Source of the DNA: Flectonema sp. DT1601
Taxonomy: Eukaryota
Length of the DNA stretch: 64,000 nucleotides
NCBI GenBank assembly: GCA_964019425.1
Contig: OZ025799.1
Coordinates: 186,001-250,000, forward strand
Direction of reading: 5' to 3'
Positions 1 to 9,522 of the stretch are shown here, piece by piece. Numbering within the stretch: position 1 is the stretch's first letter; each line of letters opens with the position of its first letter. Below the pieces are notes generated by a model that did not search any database, was not told where the DNA came from, and saw only the letters and a list, made by a program, of their open reading frames with translations. The position numbers and the translations under genes are program-made.

Positions 1-3000
1 CAATTGGGAATGGACCACACGAAGAAGTGAATGCTCCTGCTGGTGCAGCTGTTGGCACAAGAGTAGGGACAGCTGTTGGGACTGCAGTTACTACACAAGC
101 ATCGAGAGTAATATCAGCCTGTCCTCTCTGTCCAGGTGTGTGGTTTACCCATCCACCGTCAACGGCTCCAGTACCGAATGCCCACACGAAGTTGAGTGCT
201 CCTCCCTTAGTCAGAGTCATATCACCCGCAGCATCACCAGTGTTCAGTGAACGATAGAATACAGCCTGTTGTTTTATTTAAATTTATAGAGGCTACACGT
301 TCTTAATTAGACAACAAAAGATTAGATAAAATCATTATGATTCACTCCGTGACTTGAGTTAGAAAATAAAGTTCATATTCCATACCGTAATCACTCCTCC
401 AGCATTCGTCAGAGACACCTGAGTGACGTCTTGGCTTCCGTCAGCTCCAGGTGCTGCAAAACCAGTAGAAATAATTCTGTCAGAAATCTTCGTCGCATCA
501 AATGCGATTGGATCGATCCCAGTCATACCTCCTGAAGTAGTAGCAGCTCTGAATCCTATCGCTCCATATCCGGCAGTAGTGGCTGCGACATTGAACTGGA
601 TAACATCAACTCCGCTAGCCATCCCGATCTCGTAGTTGATAACAATATTAGCATTACCTGTAACAATTGGGAATGGACCACACGAAGAAGTGAATGTTCC
701 TGCTGGTGCAGCTGTTGGCACAAGAGTAGGGACAGCTGTTGGGACTGCAGTTACCACACAAGCATCGAGAGTAATATCAGCCTGTCCTCTCTGTCCAGGT
801 GTGTGGTTTACCCATCCACCGTCAACGGCTCCAGTACCGAATGCCCACACGAAGTTGAGTGCTCCTCCCTTAGTCAGAGTCATATCTCCCGCAGCATCAC
901 CAGTGTTCAGTGAACGATAGAATACAGCCTGTTGTTTTATTTAAATTTATAGAGGCTACACGTTCTTAATTAGACAACAAAAGATTAGATAAAATCATTA
1001 TGATTCACTCCGTGACTTGAGTTAGAAAATAAAGTTCATATTCCATACCGTAATCACTCCTCCAGCATTCGTCAGAGACACCTGAGTGACGTCTTGGCTT
1101 CCGTCAGCTCCAGGTGCTGCAAAACCAGTAGAAATAATTCTGTCAGAAATCTTCGTCGCATCAAATGCGATTGGATCGATCCCAGTCATACCTCCTGAAG
1201 TAGTAGCAGCTCTGAATCCAATCGCTCCATATCCGGCAGTAGTGGCTGCGACATTGAACTGGATAACATCAACTCCGTTAGCCATCCCGATCTCGTAGTT
1301 GATAACAACATTAGCATTACCTGTAACAATTGGGAATGGACCACACGAAGAAGTGAATGTTGCTGCTGGTGCAGCTGTTGGCACAAGAGTAGGGACAGCT
1401 GTTGGGACTGCAGTTGCCACACAAGCATCGAGAGTAATATCAGCCTGTCCTCTCTGTCCAGGTGTGTGGTTTACCCATCCACCGTCAACGGCTCCAGTAC
1501 CGAATGCCCACACGAAGTTGAGTGCTCCTCCCTTAGTCAGAGTCATATCACCCGCAGCATCACCAGTGTTCAGTGAACGATAGAATACAGCCTGTTGTTT
1601 TATTTAAATTTATAGAGGCTACACGTTCTTAATTAGACAACAAAAGATTAGATAAAATCATTATAATTCACTCCGTGACTTGAGTTAGAAAATAAAGTTC
1701 ATATTCCATACCGTAATCACTCCTCCAGCATTCGTCAAAGACACCTGAGTGACGTCTTGGCTTCCGTCAGCTCCAGGTGCTGCAAAACCAGTAGAAATAA
1801 TTCTGTCAGAAATCTTCGTCGCATCAAATGCGATTGGATCGATCCCAGTCATACCTCCTGAAGTAGTAGCAGCTCTGAATCCAATCGCTCCATATCCGGC
1901 AGTAGTGGCTGCGACATTGAACTGGATAACATCAACTCCGTTAGCCATCCCGATCTCGTAGTTGATAACAATATTAGCATTACCTGTAACAATTGGGAAT
2001 GGACCACACGATGAAGTGAATGTTGCTGCTGGTGCAGCTGTTGGCACAAGAGTAGGGACAGCTGTTGGGACTGCAGTTACTACACAAGCATCGAGAGTAA
2101 TATCAGCCTGTCCTCTCTGTCCAGGTGAGTGGTTTGCCCATCCACCGTCAACGGCACCAGTACCGAATGCCCACACGAAGTTGAGTGCTCCTCCCTTAGT
2201 CAGAGTCATATCTCCCGCAGCATCACCAGTGTTCAGTGAACGATAGAATACAGCCTGTTGTTTTATTTAAATTTATAGAGGCTACACGTTCTTAATTAGA
2301 CAACAAAAGATTAGATAAAATCATTATAATTCACTCCGTGACTTGAGTTAGAAAATAAAGTTCATATTCCATACCGTAATCACTCCTCCAGCATTCGTCA
2401 GAGACACCTGAGTGACGTCTTGGCTTCCGTCAGCTCCAGGTGCTGCAAAACCAGTAGAAATAATTCTGTCAGAAATCTTCGTCGCATCAAATGCGATTGG
2501 ATCGATCCCAGTCATACCTCCTGAAGTAGTAGCAGCTCTGAATCCAATCGCTCCATACCCGGCAGTAGTGGCTGCGACATTGAATTGGATAACATCAACT
2601 CCGTTAGCCATCCCGATCTCGTAGTTGATAACAACATTAGCATTACCTGTAACAATTGGGAATGGACCACACGAAGAAGTGAATGTTGCTGCTGGTGCAG
2701 CTGTTGGCACAAGAGTAGGGACAGCTGTTGGGACTGCAGTTACTACACAAGCATCGAGAGTAATATCAGCCTGTCCTCTCTGTCCAGGTGAGTGGTTTGC
2801 CCATCCACGGTCAACGGCTCCAGTACCGAATGCCCACACGAAGTTGAGTGCTCCCCCCTTAGTCAGAGTCATATCTCCCGCGGCATCACCAGTGTTCAGT
2901 GAACGATAGAATACAGCCTGTTGTTTTATTTAAATTTATAGAGGCTACACGTTCTTAATTAGACAACAAAAGATTAGATAAAATCACCGCGATTCACTCC

Positions 3001-3335
3001 GTGACTTGAGTTAGAAAATAAAGTTCATATTCCATACCGTAATCACTCCTCCAGCATTCGTCAGAGACACCTGAGTGACGTCTTGGCTTCCGTCAGCTCC
3101 AGGTGCTGCAAAACCAGTAGAAATAATTCTGTCAGAAATCTTCGTCGCATCAAATGCGATTGGATCGATCCCAGTCATACCTCCTGAAGTAGTAGCAGCT
3201 CTGAATCCAATCGCTCCATACCCGGCAGTAGTGGCTGCGACATTGAACTGGATAACGTCAACCCCAGCAGCTTTTCCGATCTCGTAGTTGATAACAATAT
3301 TAGCATTACCTGTAACAATTGGGAATGGACCACAC
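1..3335. repeat. Tandem 663-bp repeat (543-bp exon + 120-bp intron), ~5 copies in the window
   Basis: Near-identical sequence recurs at exact 663-bp offsets (intron donors at 385, 1048, 1711, 2374, 3037). Confidence 0.97.
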
Positions 3336-3397
3336 TCAGAAACAAACTGTCCCGATGCTAACTGCAGCAGAAGTAATGCTACAAGTAGCTGCTTCAT
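1..3397 (-). CDS. Secreted tandem DOMON-domain repeat protein (multi-exon; runs off the left window edge)
   Basis: ATG at 3397 with a signal peptide (MKQLLVALLLLQLASG). Exons 3038-3397, 2375-2917, 1712-2254, 1049-1591, 386-928 and <1-265, separated by phase-0 120-bp GTATGG...AACAG introns. The spliced 181-aa unit reads GYGAIGF...GGMTGID...DR...QDVT...GVITAVFYRSLNTGD...VWAFG...NH.PGQRG, a typical DOMON signature, followed by a VPTAVPT linker. Confidence 0.85.
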
Positions 3398-3716
3398 TTT
3401 TTGCTCTGTTTTCTATATAAATATGGAGTGAGTAAATCTATGATACATGCTCACAGAAAGTTACTTATTATTAATAGAAATCGGCCAATCAAAAAAAAAA
3501 AAAAAAAAAAATCACATGCTAAAATTTCGTAGGACAACCAACGGTTGGATTTGTACTAAAATAAGGAAATCTAACAGCTAGCTGGTTAGTTAGCAAAAGC
3601 TGCTACAATTTCTGAGAATGTGGCAGCAGACCAAAGAAAGTCACGTTGTTACAATATATAAGAAGCAATTCGCCAACGTATGGTAAAAGATTGCTTACGA
3701 CAAACTGTATGAAGGA

Positions 3717-5081
3717 CTAACATCCGCAGCACCTCGGAGTTATAAAGTGTTGGAGCTCTTGCCAAGCTTTTTCAAAAACAGGTTTATTTTGAAGTGTCTT
3801 TGCAGTAGTATTAGGACCGTGGGGATGCATTGGCCAGAAATGAACAATTGAGTTATTCCATCCAAGGTTTAGAAGGGAACGACCATGAATCACATCAATT
3901 CGAGAAGGTGACTTCCACTGGCAGTCTAACCCTTCGCTTGGGATCGAAGAACCAAAACACTCACCACCCTTAGGTGTACTAAAACTATTACCAAACGGAA
4001 TTACGTTTGTGTAACTGTCTAATGCCTGTTGATAATAAAAGTAAGGAAGGAATGCAGCTCCACGACCAATTACTTTGTCGCTATTTTTCGGTAAAACCCA
4101 TTTTGAACGTCTAGCACCACAGCGACACGTTGGGTTACTATGTGTATTGTTACTATAAAATATCGGTTGATCGCAAGTTGCATTCATCTCGGTTGCGTTT
4201 TGCAGAGAGATCAATCTATCTGCATAACACTCACATATACAAATTGGGTCACTTGGGATATTCCTTGGTGCTCCCTCTGGTCCATTGCAACTTACGTAAT
4301 CTGCAAATGGAGTACTGCTGTGCTCGACACAGTACCTGGAGATAGGGACTTCATTGAATTTATTGAAAAAATCATTATTGTTATTAGTCGTTAAGAATGC
4401 AACTTGACCTTCCAAATCAGCGCTATTATGATTTGGTAAGAAGTCAACTTCATAAATATACTCAGACACGCGATACATTTCTGTATAAGTGACCCCGTCA
4501 GGTGTTGTTTTAAATTTAATTTCCTCACTACCGTCAACTGACACAAAGTATGTATCACCACTGTTTAGAGACACTAATGTAGTAGAGCTTTCAGTTGAAT
4601 ATTGATGAAGTGATTTTTTTGTATTCTTACTTCTATAAGTAATATTAAATTTATCGAACACACGACTACCTGATACATTCCACTGCAATGAGATTTCTGA
4701 TAGAGATGCATGTCCTACTCTGATTATGTTATAAGGATAATTCTTATCTGAAACAGATGTTGAGCAGGACACCATCGGCATACTGATTGACTCATTTCTC
4801 CATCCCCAGACAACTGAAGGATATGACGAGTCGTGTGAACGTAATTGAAATAAATATTTCGTTCCTTCTTTCAAGTAATCTATCGTTGCGTTCATACAAC
4901 CTTCCTCTGCAACCTGTAATGTCACCGTCTCATTAAAATCATTTAAAATACTTACATAATAACCATCTGTATTTGGTATCTCATCCCACACCAGTGACAC
5001 AGTAGTTGGAGTGGTGGATAAGCATTCCAAAGCTGATGTCCACTTCAAAACAGCTATAAGGAGCAGCGATAATAGTTTCAT
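3717..5081 (-). CDS. Secreted protein with two fibronectin type III-like domains and an uncharacterised Cys-rich C-terminal domain
   Basis: Likely ATG at 5081 (MKLLSLLLIAVL signal peptide), 18 nt after a CAG acceptor at 5100-5102. FN3-like motifs (TVSLVWD...GYYV...LKEGTKYLFQL; ISLQWN...FNITY...LNSGDTYFVSV). Cys-rich C-terminal half. Confidence 0.7.
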   Translation of the reverse strand: MKLLSLLLIAVLKWTSALECLSTTPTTVSLVWDEIPNTDGYYVSILNDFNETVTLQVAEEGCMNATIDYLKEGTKYLFQLRSHDSSYPSVVWGWRNESISMPMVSCSTSVSDKNYPYNIIRVGHASLSEISLQWNVSGSRVFDKFNITYRSKNTKKSLHQYSTESSTTLVSLNSGDTYFVSVDGSEEIKFKTTPDGVTYTEMYRVSEYIYEVDFLPNHNSADLEGQVAFLTTNNNNDFFNKFNEVPISRYCVEHSSTPFADYVSCNGPEGAPRNIPSDPICICECYADRLISLQNATEMNATCDQPIFYSNNTHSNPTCRCGARRSKWVLPKNSDKVIGRGAAFLPYFYYQQALDSYTNVIPFGNSFSTPKGGECFGSSIPSEGLDCQWKSPSRIDVIHGRSLLNLGWNNSIVHFWPMHPHGPNTTAKTLQNKPVFEKAWQELQHFITPRCCGC

Positions 5082-5098
5082 TATTGCAGTTAGTTCCA

Positions 5099-5115
5099 CC
5101 TGTGAAAAAAAGATA
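5099..5115 (-). promoter_or_regulatory. Putative trans-splice (spliced-leader) acceptor, example site
   Basis: T-rich tract + CACAG|G 18 nt before the ATG. Equivalent sites lie upstream of other ATGs (~6521, 15578, 30932, 33485, 35580, 42392, 57250, 62737). Confidence 0.55.
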
Positions 5116-5404
5116 AAAACTGATTGAGGTTATAACATAGAACTCCATCCTTAACTTAACGAGGGCCTAGGGATAGTAAATGTTAAGTTATTTTTGCGAC
5201 CATCGTCTGTCAAGCTTCTTAGGAGAGGCAGTAGTTTCGGACTATGTGAAGTATCAGAGCAATTCTCCTCTTTGAATTAAGAGAAAATAGGAGAATCGCA
5301 ATGATTATATAAAACAAATAAAAAACAAGAAAGGAAAAAGAACTGTCCTCCTTTCTTGTTAACTCAAGTACCGATGAAACCGGTGCCGAGTCATTTTTAT
5401 CGAA

Positions 5405-6490
5405 CTACAAGATTATCTTTTTTTGAAAATTTAACGGCTTCTCCATAGGAGGTTCTGGTGCCATCCGTCTAAGGATTGCCATTTTATTTTGTTGGATGAC
5501 TTCTGCGGATTCGTTCGGATGACCGAGCCACCACAATTTCCCTTTCATAGAAGTGTCGTATTGATTTTTATTAAGTTTTGATGCCCGCTGATCAGCAATT
5601 AATAAATACGATCCTTCCTGTGGAACCTGTCCAACAGCGTCCCACTGCATGTTCACGGAGATTTTCCAGCGGTCTGAACCTTTTGTTTCAGACCAGACTG
5701 CTGCTGAAGTTCGAATAGGATCAGAATCAGTGACTGAAAACAAACTGTCGCTGTAAGTCCACTTGTGTTTATATCCAGGTTTACATCCACGTCTTGATAG
5801 TCCGTAACTATTCTCTTTATTATAAGTAACAGATTGAACCATGCTGTTCTTTCTTCTCAACATAACATTCTCTGAAGTAGTATGAAGATCTGGAGTTCTT
5901 TCCCAACCTGCTTGGAACTTGTCTCCGTCAATCTGAGCTATTGTACGCATTCCCACATTTCTTTGATTTGATTGTTTTTGTTCAACTTTCATGTCTGCGA
6001 GGATGTACCAATCCCAAGTCGATCCATCAGCAGGACCCTGAAAACTAGAATTAGTAAACTTGCTCTTAATGGAATTATATTCAAAAGCCTGAGGTGGCTT
6101 ACTATGATTATCATTCCTAATCGTTGTGAATTCTGGATTGGTGTTTCTTAATGAAGATGGGTAGGGGTTCATCCTTGATTCAAATTGTTTTATCGGTTGT
6201 GTGAGGGGACCTTCTTGTGATGAGTCGATGTATTTTGCTGCTTTTACTTCTTGTGTTTCAACAGCATCATTTTCCATGTTTGATCTCTTCATATTCCTCA
6301 CAGTACCGTAATTATAATTATCAAACAGTAGTGGAGTATGTTCTTGTTGAACCATTCCTCCATCGAAGAATACTCCCAAAGCTTTCCTCAACCCCCCACA
6401 AGAGTATAGCTGCTGTCTGGCAGTTCCTTCATCACAACAAGTCACTTCCATAAACTTCCTTAGATCTGAGTGTTGGGAAAGAGCCATCAT
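5405..6490 (-). CDS. Hypothetical protein with N-terminal UBA-like domain
   Basis: 361-aa ORF. The N-terminus (LRKFMEVTCCDEGTARQQLYSCGGLRKALGVFF) resembles the UBA-like domains of UBX/DCN1/TDP2 proteins. The rest is unrecognised. Confidence 0.6.
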   Translation of the reverse strand: MMALSQHSDLRKFMEVTCCDEGTARQQLYSCGGLRKALGVFFDGGMVQQEHTPLLFDNYNYGTVRNMKRSNMENDAVETQEVKAAKYIDSSQEGPLTQPIKQFESRMNPYPSSLRNTNPEFTTIRNDNHSKPPQAFEYNSIKSKFTNSSFQGPADGSTWDWYILADMKVEQKQSNQRNVGMRTIAQIDGDKFQAGWERTPDLHTTSENVMLRRKNSMVQSVTYNKENSYGLSRRGCKPGYKHKWTYSDSLFSVTDSDPIRTSAAVWSETKGSDRWKISVNMQWDAVGQVPQEGSYLLIADQRASKLNKNQYDTSMKGKLWWLGHPNESAEVIQQNKMAILRRMAPEPPMEKPLNFQKKIIL

Positions 6491-6866
6491 ATTTGTTCTA
6501 AAACACGGTAACTAGATACCTGTATGATTAGAATTGAGATATTACACATGATTACACAACAATTTATAAATGAAAACCTAAAAGTCATAACCTCATTCAA
6601 CATCTTTCCTATGTAATGATCTAATTTTATCAGTCGTTATGTTCTTCTGTTATAAATAAAGTTTCTTAAGTAAAAACACACAAAAACAAAGCTACTATTC
6701 TGCCAATCGTTAGGTGACCAGTTTCCTTGGCTGGTTACTTCCGTACGAATTTACGTCTTTCAAAAAAATAAAAAAATCAGAAAAAAAATGTTGCGCACTG
6801 TTTGTTTTGTGTGCCATTACATAATAAATAATTTCCCTAAAATTGTTGAAAACACAAAAAAAACAA

Positions 6867-9023
6867 TCACTCAGTTCGGAAGGCACCAAATAACGTGCAG
6901 CTGAATTCATCTCCTGGATTTGCAGTTGGTTTTTGTGAGGTTCCCTTCGGAAGGTGTAGCAAAGCATTAGCGTCTCTCATACTTAGTAGTCGTGATGATA
7001 TCTGTCTTCCTGTTGAGGAAGCAATAAAAGAAGAAGTCTTACTGTCAAATACAACAGTAACTCGATGGTATTCAGGTCTTTCTGTATCGAGTTTGATTGG
7101 AGACGACATGAGTTTTGCAGTTACTACCGAATTACGACTTTCATTAAGAGAATAACCAAGCATTAATTTAATTGAGGGGACACAAAATAACTGAAAACAC
7201 ACAAGACAACTAACAGGATTTCCAGGAAGACCGAACACAGCTGTTCCATTACTCGTAACAAACGTGGTAGGCTTACCAGGCTTCATGCTGATACGTTGGA
7301 AATGAGTCTGAGAGTTAGGTAATGAACTTATTACTGTTTTGATGAAATCCTTTTCACCCATACTAACACCACCACTTGTGATAATAATATCAGGTTTTAA
7401 ACTCATTGCTTTATCGAATGCTTGTCGGACATGTTGTAAATCATCCGACACGATTCCTAAGTCTGTGAGAGTGTAACAATTATGAAACTGTTGCTCGAGA
7501 ACAGCCGTAATAATTGACCGATTACTATCAAATATCGACACAGAGTCTCTCAATCCCTCACTATTCGGTGATACAATCTCATTACCAGTAGACATGATAA
7601 CAACATGAACAGATTTCTTAACAGATAATGACGTAATTCCCATTGAAGCCATAATTCCTACGTCACCTGGTTGAATTATACTATTAGCTGGTATCAGTAA
7701 AGCTTCTTTTTGGATATCTGACCCTTCCTTTCGAATGTCTTGCCATCTTGTTATTGAATACCCCGGCGGTATTATTTGAATTAGGTCTTCGCTTCCTCCC
7801 TCACCTTCTTTAACCAACGCAGTATTCTCAACCTGAATAACTGTGTTACAGTGTGGGGGTATTGCTGCTCCAGTTGAAACCCTGTACGCGATTGGGTAGT
7901 TCGATTTATTTTCATTACTTTTTTTTGCTTTTAAAATATCAGAAGCTCCAGCAGTTCCGATAGTGTTACTGACTGAGAATATTAATTGTTCTGAAGTAAA
8001 GTCATCATCACAAATTGCATATCCATCTTTAATAGAAGCATTGAAAGGAGGATGTGAATATGGAGCGTGAATTGATTGAACCAAAACCTTACCAACAGAA
8101 CTTGTTATGTTGACATTCTCAATGTTGGAATTCTTAGGTGTGTGTTGCTCGACTAATTGATGAGCAAGTTTCATATCAATCATTTCATGTGGTGATCGTC
8201 TTGGTCTGTTACTAACACTTTGTGGTTGTAACCTTTCTGATTGTGAGCTATCCGTAAGCATATCATTCAATACTTCAGTTAATAACATTACATCAACACC
8301 AACAGGGATGTTACTAACAATACAATTACCTATCAATGATGATGCTGATCTGTTAATCTTGTTGTCGTACAACTGGTTTGTCATTCCTTCTAACTGTCTT
8401 CCTGATTTTAAGATAACATCAGCTGCGGTATCTCTGCTGGAGAAACTGTCTCCACCAATGACTAAGATACAATCATATAATAAAGACTTTGTTGTTAATA
8501 AACTTGTTAAGTCTGAGTCTGAGAGAACCTTCTCAACATGAGTATCAAACGTCTGAGATAGTCTTGTTGAGATATTGATTGATTCGTTCTGGTTGTTGAA
8601 GTCTACAACGAGGATGGTCTTTCTGAATGACATCGCTGATGATAAGTCAGAAATTATCAGTTTCAAAATCCCCGCCTTCTCAAGTGAAATGACCTCAGGA
8701 ATCGTTATCACTAACGTACCATTACAGATACCAGCAACACCTGTGTGGAATGGATCTTGGTATATTTGATTTGCAATTCCCTGAAGCATTCTTCCGTTAC
8801 AGATGTCTGTTACTTTACGTGCAGTGTCGTCGCATTCTCTCATCCCAGTACCTCCAGAAATTAGAATTGTCTTCTCGGTTGCGGTTTCAATGCAATTTCT
8901 TAATTCGTTGTCGTTATTGTTTTCAATTACAGTTCGGGTTACTTCAACACCAAGTTCCTTTCGAAGTATATTCAAAGAGGGGGTAGCAGTACCTCCAACG
9001 TCCAGCAGTAAGATGCCGCTCAT
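6867..9023 (-). CDS. Gephyrin/CNX1-like molybdenum cofactor biosynthesis protein (two MogA-like G domains + MoeA E domain)
   Basis: MoeA motifs PPFNASIKDGYA, VSTGAAIP, STGNEI, IFDSNRS, TSGGVSMGEKDF, MKPGKP, GLPGNPVS, RPEYHR, STGRQISSRLLSM. N-terminal MogA-like segments ISGGTGMRECDDT and VIGGDSFSSRDTA. Confidence 0.9.
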   Translation of the reverse strand: MSGILLLDVGGTATPSLNILRKELGVEVTRTVIENNNDNELRNCIETATEKTILISGGTGMRECDDTARKVTDICNGRMLQGIANQIYQDPFHTGVAGICNGTLVITIPEVISLEKAGILKLIISDLSSAMSFRKTILVVDFNNQNESINISTRLSQTFDTHVEKVLSDSDLTSLLTTKSLLYDCILVIGGDSFSSRDTAADVILKSGRQLEGMTNQLYDNKINRSASSLIGNCIVSNIPVGVDVMLLTEVLNDMLTDSSQSERLQPQSVSNRPRRSPHEMIDMKLAHQLVEQHTPKNSNIENVNITSSVGKVLVQSIHAPYSHPPFNASIKDGYAICDDDFTSEQLIFSVSNTIGTAGASDILKAKKSNENKSNYPIAYRVSTGAAIPPHCNTVIQVENTALVKEGEGGSEDLIQIIPPGYSITRWQDIRKEGSDIQKEALLIPANSIIQPGDVGIMASMGITSLSVKKSVHVVIMSTGNEIVSPNSEGLRDSVSIFDSNRSIITAVLEQQFHNCYTLTDLGIVSDDLQHVRQAFDKAMSLKPDIIITSGGVSMGEKDFIKTVISSLPNSQTHFQRISMKPGKPTTFVTSNGTAVFGLPGNPVSCLVCFQLFCVPSIKLMLGYSLNESRNSVVTAKLMSSPIKLDTERPEYHRVTVVFDSKTSSFIASSTGRQISSRLLSMRDANALLHLPKGTSQKPTANPGDEFSCTLFGAFRTE

Positions 9024-9522
9024 TGTTATTTATTTTTTGAAACTGCTGTAGTGAAAAAAGTTTATTAGAAATTCCAATGTTTCACAGTTTATTTATTGAA
9101 TCTACCGTATTGAAAAATGCCTCAACACTCTTCCATACTTGTGTGTGTGTGTGATCCTATTTTTTTTTTTTTTTTGGCTCGAAAATAATTGTTACTAATA
9201 AAAAAAACAAAAGAAAGTTACAAAAATATAAAAAACCAATATTCTTTTTTTTTTCTTTTTTACGGGCAGGTAAGATGCATCCCGTTGGTTCTTCTACGTA
9301 ATTTGTTTGATAAGCAGAAATAAAAAAAAAAAAAATAATTTAAATAATTATTTTGTAAAAAAAAAAAAAAAAAAAAAAAAAGTTCACAGATTGTTTATTT
9401 CTGCTTTGTAATTTAACATCAAGAACCTAAAAAGCATTAAGAATAGACGATGCGTTTTTTTAACCCTGTGATCCACCAGAGTGAATTGCTATGTGTGTCA
9501 GTCAATGGGACTTGAAAAAGTT

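Noticed and set aside
27..3287. Plus-strand ORFs and the separate 174-aa minus-strand ORFs in the 663-bp repeats
   Set aside because: Antisense shadows or unspliced fragments of the single DOMON gene; the VWNMNFIF tail is intron read-through.
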